A stretch of 64,000 bases of DNA from an uncultured bacterium (lineage in GTDB: Bacteria > Babelota > Babeliae > Babelales > Vermiphilaceae), in the NCBI GenBank assembly GCA_963702025.1, contig OY969699.1, positions 389,746-453,745 of the forward strand, read 5' to 3'. Below the pieces are notes generated by a model. It was not told the origin of the DNA and did not search any database. It was given only the letters and a program-made list of their open reading frames with translations. A program made the position numbers and the translations under genes. Of this stretch, positions 16,984-27,186 are shown one piece after another (position 1 is the stretch's first letter; each line of letters opens with the position of its first letter).

Positions 16984-18606
16984 ATGAATATGCGTAAATC
17001 AATGAAGATCTTATCACTAGGTCTTTTACTATCTATCCCTTTTGCAACCCATCCTATGGAATTACCGGACTTGTCTCAGGCAAAAAAACCTGTTGCTTCA
17101 TGGTTTTGGAACAAATGGAATAACGTGCCAACCTGGAAAACAATAAAAGAGACTGTTTCAGCGACAACCAATGCTGTGGTAAATACCCCCCAAGCCATAA
17201 AAACAGTTGCTGCACATACTCCTTCGCTCGGGGACATGGCTCAAGCAACTAAAAGTTATGTTCAAAATTCACCCGTTATTCAAGAGCAGGCTCAAAATGC
17301 TGTTGTTGCACTGAGTAACGCAAGCAAAAATATGCCATCAAACCCTACCCTTAAAAAGGCTGGTGCCGTTGGTGCTTTGGCTGCAACTGGCTATTTAGCG
17401 CATAAAGCGTACCAATGGATTAATGCTGAAAATACTGCATTGCCAAGCTTTCAAATATTTGAAGCAAATGGACGCGTGGAGCGTATAGGCCAAGCTGCTC
17501 AATTGAATGAGCAAGGTATGCCTGTTGAGCAATTGTCATTGCAGCAAGAAAATCAAACTGAGCCGATGATTAAAAAAGACATGGCTTTAGATATGTCTGA
17601 AGCCGAACAAGCAAATTCAAGTGCTCGATCGAATGTGGACCAAAATAGTAATAATAATGACATTCGACAAGAAGAGCCGGCTAAGAAATCTGCTTCAATT
17701 CTTTCTCAATACGTTGACGTAAATGATAATAAAAAGAGACTTTCTTCCGAGGCGAATAAAGACAAAGCATTCTTAGTATCGCAACAAAATAGACAGCTCA
17801 CGGATAGCAAACTCGCTGTAGCGATGCTAAAATATGATGCTGCTCTTAAGGATTTTCAAGCCGGTCAAATCGATATGGATTCTGAGCCGATTGTTGTTGT
17901 GTTGCCAGAAGCGCTGGTGCAACCAAAAACTCAGAAAGTGGCAGTTAAATTAGAACCAGAAACAAAACCCGCTCCTGCAAGGCCAAAGCAAAAACGGGTT
18001 GATGCTGATCAACCAATGCAATATGCATATGCACGCACTGAAGAGTTGCCAATGCAACAATATTTCCCTGTTGAACAATTGATCCTTAATACTTTTGCTC
18101 AATCAAGTGCCGCTCATTCGAATGCGAATAATGATGCAGTTGATGCAAAAATAGCTGAATCATTAGATCGCTTCACTCAAGAAAATAACAATGCACCTCA
18201 AAGAGAGCATAATAAACTCTTAGAAACGGTGTTGCCGGTATCAAGCAATACTCAGTTGAAGCTTGTTGAAGAGCCTGCGGTAGAAAAACCAGTGCATCAA
18301 CTGGATCTTGTTAGAGAAGATGCGACTATAGAAAATACTCCTAAATCCAAAGATAAAACAGCGCAAGAGAAACTATTCGATGAATTATCGGTAGTTGATG
18401 CGGATGGTAATACTGCATTGCATCGAGCTGTAATTGATGGAAATGAACAAAAAGTACGTGAAATACTGAATCCATTTATTAAAAGAATGGATCTTGCCGC
18501 ACGCTTAATTCATGAAATTAAAAATAATGCCGGTCTTAGTGCTGCTGAATTAGCAAATCATATTGATAACTTTAATATTTTGCTTGTAATTATTGGTTAC
18601 CTATAA
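16984..18606 (+). CDS. secreted protein with C-terminal ankyrin repeat(s)
   Basis: GGAGG RBS. Signal peptide ...SIPFATHPMELP. A long low-complexity middle region. C-terminal DADGNTALHRAVIDGNEQKVREIL and NNAGLSAAELA. Confidence 0.6.
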   Translation: MNMRKSMKILSLGLLLSIPFATHPMELPDLSQAKKPVASWFWNKWNNVPTWKTIKETVSATTNAVVNTPQAIKTVAAHTPSLGDMAQATKSYVQNSPVIQEQAQNAVVALSNASKNMPSNPTLKKAGAVGALAATGYLAHKAYQWINAENTALPSFQIFEANGRVERIGQAAQLNEQGMPVEQLSLQQENQTEPMIKKDMALDMSEAEQANSSARSNVDQNSNNNDIRQEEPAKKSASILSQYVDVNDNKKRLSSEANKDKAFLVSQQNRQLTDSKLAVAMLKYDAALKDFQAGQIDMDSEPIVVVLPEALVQPKTQKVAVKLEPETKPAPARPKQKRVDADQPMQYAYARTEELPMQQYFPVEQLILNTFAQSSAAHSNANNDAVDAKIAESLDRFTQENNNAPQREHNKLLETVLPVSSNTQLKLVEEPAVEKPVHQLDLVREDATIENTPKSKDKTAQEKLFDELSVVDADGNTALHRAVIDGNEQKVREILNPFIKRMDLAARLIHEIKNNAGLSAAELANHIDNFNILLVIIGYL

Positions 18607-18663
18607 GTGACACAATGTTGCGCATTAAAAAAATAGATGTGTAGGTGGATATCCTGCACCTCA

Positions 18664-20274
18664 TTAAAATAATTCTTGTATATATTGTTCAATTTGCTGG
18701 GCACTCACCTGAGTGCCCATTGCTCTGTAAAATTCTTCATCATATTCCCGCGTTTGAATAACAATAGGCATGGTTAGTGCATGGCCCATAAGAAGCGCTT
18801 GTTTTTTGCTATCCAGCGATGCCAAAATAGACCGTAAATTCTGCGCGCCATTCACCCCATTGAGTACTGCTTGAATATCTTTTTCATCGTTGAGTTGTGC
18901 CACAATCTTGGTGCCAATCTGAGAAATAATTTCTTGATCTATGCCCGAAGGCCGCTGATCAACCACGAGTAGTGAAACATAATATTTGCGCATTTCGCGG
19001 GCGATGATCCCAAAAATTGTTTGACGCGCCGCTTGCGGATTTAAAAATTTATGCGCTTCTTCAATGGTGATCATCAATTTTTTTGGTTCATCCTCTTTCT
19101 TTTGAGACCCTAAAAATTTTTCTGTTTTGGCAACATATTCATGGTGAATGCGGCGCGTGATAATATTGGCGATGAGCAGATAGCAAAAAGTCTGTGTGTA
19201 ATTGCCAAATTCTACAATCACATTAATGCCACGGTCCAAATATTCCATCATCTGGTCAATTACGTTGCCCGCCTTATAGGCGCCCGATTTTGTAGAAACA
19301 AAAAAAGGCAACCGCTCAATGCGTTTTAATTTGCGATAGAGCGCGGCAATTGATTCCGGATGCCCGCCAAGCTCGGTTGCAAACTCTTTTAAGCTATCGC
19401 CCCGGGATAATAATACCGAGAGCCATTCATGTTTATATTTTGCGGCAATCAAATGGGCCGCTTCAAGTGCGGTAGAATGTAAATTAAGTTCATCTTGCAA
19501 TGAAAGAATATCCTCAACGCTCACCGATTCTAAGGGAATGGTAATTTCAACATCCGGTGTGCCGCCACGGCGGCGCGTTGATGCCGGATCGAGTGAAAAA
19601 ATCACTACTTTATCGCAAAAGAGAGTTTTTAACCCCTTTACAAATGATTGGCCCGCTCCTTCTTTGCGTGCTTGTAGGCCATATTCGCTATGCATATCAA
19701 AAATGAGGTTCACTGCCTTTTCTTGCTTGATGAGCCCGGCAAGCACCAAGCGTGTAATGAATGTTTTACCTGTTCCCGTTTTGCCAAAAATGCCGTTGCT
19801 ACGCTCGGTCAAACGCTCAAGATCAAGGCAGACCGGGGTTGCCATGTCTAAGGGGCAGCCTATGTTAAAATAGCGCTTTTCAGGGTGATCCTCATTGCCA
19901 AATATGAGTGCAACATCCCTGTTATCTACTTCTAAAACGTTTGAAAAATGGGGGGGTATGGTTTTGACCGGCATTGGCCTGCCATCGGCCCCCAGCATAA
20001 GCATGGGCTTGAGGGTTGCGGTAGCATAAATATCTTTTTGCTTTAAGAATGAGAGCAGCAATTGTTCCGATTCATCTGGAGGAAAGAGAAGAATATCTGG
20101 ATGGGAAATTGCCAGGCTTAAATCAGTAATAAGTGAAAAATATTTATGGTTTTTACCTACAATGGAGACAAATTTACCTGTTTTGATCTCTTCGGGGTTG
20201 GCTTGCGCATCTATGCGCATCACCATCCCTTCGGCAAGGGACCCTGAAACAATATGACCTATTTTTTTCTTCAT
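18664..20274 (-). CDS. HerA/DUF87-type P-loop ATPase
   Basis: Walker A GIFGKTGTGKTF, Walker B-like LMITIEEAHKF, overall FtsK/HerA-like layout. The start is taken at MKKKIGHIVSG (ATG at 20274). Confidence 0.7.
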   Translation of the reverse strand: MKKKIGHIVSGSLAEGMVMRIDAQANPEEIKTGKFVSIVGKNHKYFSLITDLSLAISHPDILLFPPDESEQLLLSFLKQKDIYATATLKPMLMLGADGRPMPVKTIPPHFSNVLEVDNRDVALIFGNEDHPEKRYFNIGCPLDMATPVCLDLERLTERSNGIFGKTGTGKTFITRLVLAGLIKQEKAVNLIFDMHSEYGLQARKEGAGQSFVKGLKTLFCDKVVIFSLDPASTRRRGGTPDVEITIPLESVSVEDILSLQDELNLHSTALEAAHLIAAKYKHEWLSVLLSRGDSLKEFATELGGHPESIAALYRKLKRIERLPFFVSTKSGAYKAGNVIDQMMEYLDRGINVIVEFGNYTQTFCYLLIANIITRRIHHEYVAKTEKFLGSQKKEDEPKKLMITIEEAHKFLNPQAARQTIFGIIAREMRKYYVSLLVVDQRPSGIDQEIISQIGTKIVAQLNDEKDIQAVLNGVNGAQNLRSILASLDSKKQALLMGHALTMPIVIQTREYDEEFYRAMGTQVSAQQIEQYIQELF

Positions 20275-20327
20275 GGTTCTTTTGTTAGAATTTTTAAGCT
20301 GTGATAATTGTATCAGCAAAAAGCGTT

Positions 20328-20356
20328 TTGCGCATATCGCTACTTTTTGCTATACT
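20328..20356 (+). promoter_or_regulatory. sigma70-like promoter candidate for secA
   Basis: TTGCGC-N17-TATACT about 90 nt upstream of the secA start. Confidence 0.35.
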
Positions 20357-20444
20357 CGAAATCGTCGATTTGTTCTTATTGGCCTTCACATTCTATATAG
20401 TAATCTTTGATATCATGCCACTAAGATTTTTTTACTAAGGGAAA

Positions 20445-22997
20445 ATGCCGATGATAGCACGTATTTTGGCCATAATTTTGGGGACGAATAATGCACGACA
20501 ATTGCGAAAAATTCAACCTATTGTAGATAAAATTAATGGTTTTGAGCCGGCCATTAGTGCATTAAGTGATGAATCACTTGCTCAAAAAACCGTCGAGTTC
20601 AAAGAACGCTTAGCCAAAGGAGAAACGCTTGATGATATTCTCCCGGAAGCATTTGCGGTGGTGCGAGAAGCATCAAAACGCACCATTGGGCAGCGCCATT
20701 ATGATGTGCAGCTCGTTGGAGGCGTTGTTTTGCATCAAGGAAAAATTTCTGAAATGAAAACCGGAGAAGGTAAAACATTAACTGCTACCCTTCCGCTCTA
20801 TCTCAATGCGCTGGCAGGTAAAGGGGCCACGCTTGTGACAGTGAATGATTATCTGGCTCGGCGTGACTCTGAATGGATGACCCCCATCTACTCTTTTCTT
20901 GGCCTAACGGTCGGTTGTTTGCAAAACACTATGCACGATCATGAGCGCAAAGAACAATATGCCCGTGATGTTCTTTATGCCACGAATAATGAATTAGGAT
21001 TCGATTATTTACGCGATAATATGAAATTCCGCTTGGAAGATTATGTGCAGCGCGAATTATTTTATGCGATCGTTGATGAAGTTGACTCCATTTTGATCGA
21101 CGAAGCACGAACACCGTTGATTATTTCCGGGTCTTCCGGTGAAAGTAGCCAGCTTTATCAAACAGCAGATAAAGTGGTTCGCCGGTTAGTAAAAGGAGAG
21201 GATTACGAGGTTGATGAAAAGCAGCGCAGTGTTCAATTAACCGAATTAGGTAATGATAAAGTAGAAAAAGCGCTGGGCGTTCCCAATCTCTATGCGGTAG
21301 AAAGCTTAAATTTACTTCACCATATTAATCAAGCATTACGCGCGCACTCTTTGTTTAAACGCGACGTTGATTATGTGGTCAAAGATGGGGAAGTGCTGAT
21401 CGTTGATGAATTTACCGGACGTATTTTGCCCGGTCGCCGTTATAGCGATGGTTTGCATCAAGCGCTAGAAGCTAAAGAAGGCGTTGAGATTGAAAAAGAA
21501 ACACAAACATTGGCTGCCATCACCTTACAAAATTATTTTAGACTCTATAAAAAACTGGGTGGCATGACCGGTACAGCAGCAACCGAAGCAGAAGAATTTT
21601 ATCGCACCTATAACCTCGACGTTGTTTCTGTGCCAACTAATAAAAAGATGATCCGTGATGATAAACAGGATCTTATCTTTTTGACTAAAAATGCAAAATA
21701 TAAATCAATTGTTGCCGATGTTAAAGAGCGCCATAAAAAAGGCCAGCCGGTTTTGATTGGTACTATTGCCATCGAAACTTCTGAGCTGATTAGTGACGTG
21801 CTTACTGCCAACGGTGTGCCCCACGATGTGTTAAATGCAAAACATCATCAACGTGAGGCGGAAATTGTGGAATATGCGGGGCAAACAGGCAGAGTAACTA
21901 TCGCAACCAACATGGCTGGACGTGGTACGGACATTAAGTTGAGTCCCGAATCGGTCACCGCGGGCGGGCTATATATTTTAGGCACCGAGCGGCATGAAAG
22001 TAGACGTATTGATAATCAGTTGCGCGGCCGTTCCGGGCGACAAGGTGATCCGGGCGAATCCCGTTTTTATATCTCTTTAGAAGACGATCTAATTCGTATT
22101 TACCAAGGCGAGCAGCTCAAGAAAAATATGGAACGTTTTGGCATGAAAGAAGATGAAATTATTGAATCTTCGATGGTGTCCAAGACTATTGAACGAGTGC
22201 AAGAGCGTGTTGAAAAACAAAATTTTGATATTCGTAAACATCTTCTTGAATATGATGATGTGCTTAATCAGCAGCGTATTGTGGTCTATCGTATTCGCCG
22301 TGATGTGTTGGAAGGAAATGAAAACATCTATGAATTAGTGCGTGATATGGTCCTTAAAACTATTGAAGATACGGTTGCGCGCCATGTTCCTTCACGGGCA
22401 ATTACCGCTGAACAAATACAAGCAATTATTCATGAATTGGCGGCAATAACCAGTATAAAGCCGGCTGAATTTGAGGCTAAAAAATTTAATATAGCCAATC
22501 GAGAAACTTTTGAGCAAGATTTAAGCACCTTTATTCTTGAAAAATATGAGCATTATCGCCAACGCCAAAATAAAGATATTATTCATAATGCGGAAAAATG
22601 GCTTATGCTAGAGACCATTGATCAGGCTTGGAAGCAGCATATGCTTAACCTTGATCACTTAAAAGAAGGTATCAACCTTCGAAGCTACAGCCAAAAAAAT
22701 CCACTCATTGAATATAAGCGCGAGGCTTTTGCAATGTTCCAAGAAGTAATGCAAGATATTCAACGCATGACCGTGCATCATATTTTCCACTTAAATACCG
22801 AACGCTTTGATCAGAATGAACTTGAAAAGAAACGGGAACGTGAGCTTGATCAAATTAATCTTCTTGCGGGTCATGGCAGTGTTGATGAGGCTGAAAAAGC
22901 TCAACCGCAAGCGCGTGCAGAGCATATTGGTCGCAATGATCCGTGTCCGTGTGGTTCAGGTAAAAAATATAAAAAGTGCCACGGCGAAGGCAAATAA
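20445..22997 (+). CDS. secA: preprotein translocase ATPase SecA
   Basis: 850 aa. Contains MKTGEGKTL, DEVDSILIDEARTPLIISG, TNMAGRGTDIKL and the C-terminal zinc motif CPCGSGKKYKKCHG. Confidence 0.97.
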   Translation: MPMIARILAIILGTNNARQLRKIQPIVDKINGFEPAISALSDESLAQKTVEFKERLAKGETLDDILPEAFAVVREASKRTIGQRHYDVQLVGGVVLHQGKISEMKTGEGKTLTATLPLYLNALAGKGATLVTVNDYLARRDSEWMTPIYSFLGLTVGCLQNTMHDHERKEQYARDVLYATNNELGFDYLRDNMKFRLEDYVQRELFYAIVDEVDSILIDEARTPLIISGSSGESSQLYQTADKVVRRLVKGEDYEVDEKQRSVQLTELGNDKVEKALGVPNLYAVESLNLLHHINQALRAHSLFKRDVDYVVKDGEVLIVDEFTGRILPGRRYSDGLHQALEAKEGVEIEKETQTLAAITLQNYFRLYKKLGGMTGTAATEAEEFYRTYNLDVVSVPTNKKMIRDDKQDLIFLTKNAKYKSIVADVKERHKKGQPVLIGTIAIETSELISDVLTANGVPHDVLNAKHHQREAEIVEYAGQTGRVTIATNMAGRGTDIKLSPESVTAGGLYILGTERHESRRIDNQLRGRSGRQGDPGESRFYISLEDDLIRIYQGEQLKKNMERFGMKEDEIIESSMVSKTIERVQERVEKQNFDIRKHLLEYDDVLNQQRIVVYRIRRDVLEGNENIYELVRDMVLKTIEDTVARHVPSRAITAEQIQAIIHELAAITSIKPAEFEAKKFNIANRETFEQDLSTFILEKYEHYRQRQNKDIIHNAEKWLMLETIDQAWKQHMLNLDHLKEGINLRSYSQKNPLIEYKREAFAMFQEVMQDIQRMTVHHIFHLNTERFDQNELEKKRERELDQINLLAGHGSVDEAEKAQPQARAEHIGRNDPCPCGSGKKYKKCHGEGK

Positions 22998-23022
22998 AAA
23001 AAGGCCGGGATTTCTCCCGGCC
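22996..23022 (-). terminator. intrinsic terminator between convergent secA and the coiled-coil gene
   Basis: Stem ggccggga-tttc-tcccggcc, flanked by an A7 run on the plus strand (T7 after the hairpin on the minus strand). The hairpin can also serve secA. Confidence 0.6.
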
Positions 23023-23042
23023 ACAATTATTATGAGCTATTA

Positions 23043-25061
23043 CTATGGTTGGGGTGCTGGAATCCCTACCATTTTACCATAGCTCAATTGAGTTTCTCTG
23101 ATATTTTTTAGAATTGCATTCAATTGTTTTACCAAATTGTCTTTTCTATCAGGTTTGGCGAGATTATCAATGTCTGCTAAGATTGCATCAATCTCTTGTC
23201 CCGCGCGATCAAGACTTCTTTTGCTTTCTGCATTTTTCTTAAGCAACTCTTGTATAGTTTCTTTACACTTTCTAATTTGCTCTTTGCTTTTGTTGAGTTC
23301 TTCTTTTAAAAGATCGAGTTCGTCTTTGCATTTCGTAAGTTCTTCTTTTCTTGTTTGTCCTCGACTTATCATTTGATCAGCGATTTTTGCTTCTTGTTTC
23401 AGTTTATTGTTTTCCTCTTCGAGTTGAACTTGTTGTGCTCGCAGTTTTCGTTCTACTTCTTCGGCCAGCGTAAGCTTTTGACGGAGATCTTGTACTTCGT
23501 TCTTTATTTGTTCATTAACTGCCTGACGTTCTTGTGTTATTCGTTCCTGAGCTCTTTTGCGCTCTTCTAACTCTGTCTGAAGTTTCTCAAGTCTTTCTTC
23601 GGCATCGATATTTACTTCTTTAGAAGCGGTTAGTTGAGCGGTAGCAGTTTGGAGATCTTTATTGAGTTGCTCATTTTTACTCTTGAGCTCCTTATTTTCT
23701 AAAGTATAGAGATCCTCTAATCTCTTGACTTCTTCTTGCGCCTTGTGCATTACATTAATTTCTTTCTTAAGTGCCTTATTTTCATTTTCGAGATGCTCAG
23801 CTTTTTCTTTTTCTTTTACATATCTTTCTTCAACTTTACGTAATGGTTTTTGTTGCTCTTGAGATAGGAGTTTTTTCTTTGCTTCTGCCAATTCTTCAGG
23901 CGTTAATATCTGTTTTGAAACGGCGCCTAGATTTTTGTTGAGTTCTTCAATTTGTTTTCTAAGTGCTTGTTCTTTTTGTTCAGCCTGCGCAAGTTTATCT
24001 TGACAATCCTTTAACGCTTTTGGTGAAACCACAGGAATTGCTTCTTTTTTAATCTTCTCTTTTTCTTGATTTGCTCTTTCCAATGCTTTTTCATATTGCT
24101 TGATTTCATTTTCAGCGCGTTGTTTTTGTTCTCGAGCTTGATCAAGTTGTTGCCGAAGAGCATCGATTTGTTGTTGTCCACCACCGCGTGCTTCTTCTGC
24201 TTGTTTTCTAGCTTGTTCAAGTTGTCTGAGTAATTCTGCGGTAGTTTTTTCAGTCTCGGTAAGTCTTGCCCGTAAGTCTCGACACTCCTTAGCACCTGCG
24301 CCTGCATCTTTTGCTCGTTCTTCAAGAGCTCGCATGCGCACAGCAAGATCCCTTGATTCAGACGCTAATTGCCGATTGAGAATATCTGCCGCTTCACGTT
24401 CCCCTTGTAATTTACGCAGTTGTGCTTCGAGCTTTGACAATTGTTCTAGTGAGGAAATCTGCTGATTTTCTAAAGCTGTAGCAGCTCTATCACGCTCCGA
24501 TTGTAATCTTGATAGTTGTGCATCTTGTTCCTCAATCCTTTTTTGCAATGCTTGAGTGATATCGCGATTTTCGGCCATTCCTTTTTCAATTTCAGCCTTT
24601 AATCGTTGTTGTTCAGCGGCTCTTTTTTGTGTCTCTTCCTTTCGCTGTGCCTCGCGGCGCCGTGCTTCGGTTTCTACTGCTCTTCGTTCTTCTTCGATTC
24701 GTTTTTTTCGCGCCGCCTGTTCTTCTTCTGTTCGTGCTGCGGCCCGTTCTCGTTCGTATCTACGCCTTGGTTCTTGAGGTCCTCTGGCAAGTATATCGGG
24801 CCCTTCCATTGCTATCCATGATGATCGTGCTTTTGCAAGATTTTGGGTCAATTCGTTAACAAGACTATCACGGCCAGCTTGTCGAAATTGTTCGATAATG
24901 TTTTTTGCCGTATCCCATTGGGTGGCATTTAATGCTTGATAAAATTGATCTTTCAATGATTGAACTTCTTCCGGGGTAAGAGGGGCTGGAGGTCTTTGCA
25001 TTGCATACAATGGCCCAGAAGCAAAAATTGTGAGCAATAATACTATTATTTTTTTATTCAC
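23043..25061 (-). CDS. secreted long coiled-coil protein (E/K/Q/R-rich)
   Basis: A GTG at 25061 is preceded by an AGGAG RBS. Signal peptide NKKIIVLLLTIFASGPLYAMQ. About 600 aa of heptad-like charged sequence follow. Confidence 0.6.
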   Translation of the reverse strand: MNKKIIVLLLTIFASGPLYAMQRPPAPLTPEEVQSLKDQFYQALNATQWDTAKNIIEQFRQAGRDSLVNELTQNLAKARSSWIAMEGPDILARGPQEPRRRYERERAAARTEEEQAARKKRIEEERRAVETEARRREAQRKEETQKRAAEQQRLKAEIEKGMAENRDITQALQKRIEEQDAQLSRLQSERDRAATALENQQISSLEQLSKLEAQLRKLQGEREAADILNRQLASESRDLAVRMRALEERAKDAGAGAKECRDLRARLTETEKTTAELLRQLEQARKQAEEARGGGQQQIDALRQQLDQAREQKQRAENEIKQYEKALERANQEKEKIKKEAIPVVSPKALKDCQDKLAQAEQKEQALRKQIEELNKNLGAVSKQILTPEELAEAKKKLLSQEQQKPLRKVEERYVKEKEKAEHLENENKALKKEINVMHKAQEEVKRLEDLYTLENKELKSKNEQLNKDLQTATAQLTASKEVNIDAEERLEKLQTELEERKRAQERITQERQAVNEQIKNEVQDLRQKLTLAEEVERKLRAQQVQLEEENNKLKQEAKIADQMISRGQTRKEELTKCKDELDLLKEELNKSKEQIRKCKETIQELLKKNAESKRSLDRAGQEIDAILADIDNLAKPDRKDNLVKQLNAILKNIRETQLSYGKMVGIPAPQP

Positions 25062-25245
25062 TTTTTCTCCTTTTTTTAGAATAAAAACTAGTATTGTTAC
25101 TAGCAGTTTTTGATTTATAGAGTCAATAGAATCCCTAAAGTGCTTAAATTCCAATTTTACCATATTCAGGAAAGAACTATGGTTACTTTGGTTTCCCATT
25201 ACTTTTGGGTATACTTGAAATTAAAATTTAAACTTAAAGGCCATT

Positions 25246-26505
25246 ATGTTACGTGTTAAAGGTACCAACGATTTTTTAGATCTGAGCTTATACAACTACA
25301 TTCTTACTACTATAAAGAAGCATCTTGCACTTTATGCTTTTAGTGAAATTGAGACCCCGATCCTAGAGCATACCGAACTTTTTAAGCGCACTCTTGGCTT
25401 GCATACAGATGTAGTTAATAAAGAGATGTTCATCATAAAATCGCATGAGCAGCATGAGGAGTCGGAGCAAGATAGTATATGCCTTCGGCCGGAAATTACC
25501 GCTTCCATGGTACGTGCTTTTGTAGATAATGGCATTCAAACAACTCCCTGGAAAGTTTTTACCTATGGCCCCTGTTTTCGGTACGAACGTCCTCAAAAAG
25601 GAAGATTCCGAGAATTCCATCAAGTGAGCATTGAGGTTATAGGTACAGCGGCAGTTGCCCAAGATGTACAATTGATCACCATGCTTGATAGATTGTTCCA
25701 CGAAGCATTGAAGTTTAATAATTACGCCTTACTTATTAACTATTTGGGCTGCCCTGAGGATCGGGTAAACTATCGTGCGATTCTTAAAAAATTTTTAGAT
25801 GATCAACCGAGTATATGCGCCAATTGCATGGAGCGTAAAGAAAAAAACATTATGCGGGTATTTGATTGTAAGGTTGAGCAGTGCCAAAAGATATATCAAA
25901 ATGCGCCCAAAATAACCGATTATTTATGCGCGGCATGCGCCCAAGAATGGCAACAGGTGCAGCATGATCTTGAATTGATGAGCGTTACCTTCAAAGTGCA
26001 GCCAACCTTGGTGCGCGGGCTGGATTATTATAATAAAACGGTTTTTGAATTTGTGAGTGGCTCTTTGGGAGCGCAAAATGCCTTTTGCGGTGGCGGCAGA
26101 TATGAGCAATTGGTAACCCAAATAGGTGGCAAAACGGATGAAAAATCTATTGGCGCAGCCATCGGTTTTGAGCGCCTGCTTATGATGTTGGAGCCGTTTA
26201 AGGACTCAATGCCATTGCCTCAACCGCCCAAATTACATGTGGTTTTACCTCTTGGTCAAGAGCAGCAGATGCTAGCATTGTTACTTGCCGATGAACTTTA
26301 TGCAGTTGGATTGTGCGCTGAAGTATTGCTGGAAGGCGGGTCAATCAAAAGTATGATGAACCGAGCAAATAAACTCGGCGCTGCCTATGCACTACTTCTT
26401 GGTTCTGATGAACAACAAAAAAATCAAGTAACGGTAAAGAATATGATTACTGGAGCGCAAGAAACTATTTCTCAAGCTGATTTGGTTGGGTATTTGCAGA
26501 AATAG
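25246..26505 (+). CDS. hisS: histidine--tRNA ligase
   Basis: Class II aaRS motifs: KGTNDF, LRPEITASMVR, FRYERPQKGRFREFHQ, GGGRYEQL, AIGFERL. Confidence 0.95.
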   Translation: MLRVKGTNDFLDLSLYNYILTTIKKHLALYAFSEIETPILEHTELFKRTLGLHTDVVNKEMFIIKSHEQHEESEQDSICLRPEITASMVRAFVDNGIQTTPWKVFTYGPCFRYERPQKGRFREFHQVSIEVIGTAAVAQDVQLITMLDRLFHEALKFNNYALLINYLGCPEDRVNYRAILKKFLDDQPSICANCMERKEKNIMRVFDCKVEQCQKIYQNAPKITDYLCAACAQEWQQVQHDLELMSVTFKVQPTLVRGLDYYNKTVFEFVSGSLGAQNAFCGGGRYEQLVTQIGGKTDEKSIGAAIGFERLLMMLEPFKDSMPLPQPPKLHVVLPLGQEQQMLALLLADELYAVGLCAEVLLEGGSIKSMMNRANKLGAAYALLLGSDEQQKNQVTVKNMITGAQETISQADLVGYLQK

Positions 26506-26511
26506 TTTTCC

Positions 26512-27186
26512 TTAATCAATAATTTCTTTGCCGGTTTCAGAGTTTTTAAGATGGTAATTTTCTACTTTTCCAGTGAAATCAGGGCGATAGTAAATCATTA
26601 AAGGCTGTTCAAAATAGGCAAGGTTATTACCGGCTCCTGCTATTTTATCATCACCATTTCCCTGTGCTACCCATATAAGATCATTAACCTTACCATTAAA
26701 TCGAGGCCGTTCTCCTGAACCTTTAATCTCGGGGTGTTTTTTAAATAAATTATAGAGTATATCTAATGCTCTTTGGGTACTTTCTGTCCCTAAATCACTA
26801 TAAAAGACAACTCGAGGAAGATGTTTTTCTCGTAAATGTTCGTCAGTATTAACTGCTACCTTAAAAATATGAATTAGTCTTTTTAATTCGGGATCATCTT
26901 TAAAGGCATCAAGGATCAAAACGATCAATCTGCTTAAATCAGTCCCCGCCGCCGGCATGAGATGGATTTTATACCGATTCGTTATGGACTTGAGACCAAT
27001 TTTTTTATCTTCAGCATTCCACGATGATATTTCGCGCAGGGCATTTTGAACGTTATCTTGTAGGTCCAGATACTTTATATTAATACTGCGGGTGGGGCTG
27101 GTTGCAGAAAATACACATAACCCGAAGAATAATATGGCACAGGCAAAGAAAGTTGCGCCCCGTAAGCTCTTCCCAATAGTTGCCAT
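26512..27186 (-). CDS. hypothetical secreted protein
   Basis: 224-aa ORF with signal peptide KSLRGATFFACAILFFGLCVFSA. No family recognised. Its first 112 nt overlap the upstream ORF. Confidence 0.5.
   Translation of the reverse strand: MATIGKSLRGATFFACAILFFGLCVFSATSPTRSINIKYLDLQDNVQNALREISSWNAEDKKIGLKSITNRYKIHLMPAAGTDLSRLIVLILDAFKDDPELKRLIHIFKVAVNTDEHLREKHLPRVVFYSDLGTESTQRALDILYNLFKKHPEIKGSGERPRFNGKVNDLIWVAQGNGDDKIAGAGNNLAYFEQPLMIYYRPDFTGKVENYHLKNSETGKEIID

Noticed and set aside
23137..24859. Several plus-strand ORFs (23137-23376, 23355-23570, 24556-24859) and minus-strand ORF 24011-24346 inside the coiled-coil gene
   Set aside because: They are low-complexity S/F/L/C-rich or K-rich translations typical of alternative frames of a purine-rich repetitive coding sequence. 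None has an RBS.
25200..25245. T-box leader upstream of hisS
   Set aside because: Only 46 nt separate hisS from the divergent gene, so a T-box cannot fit.
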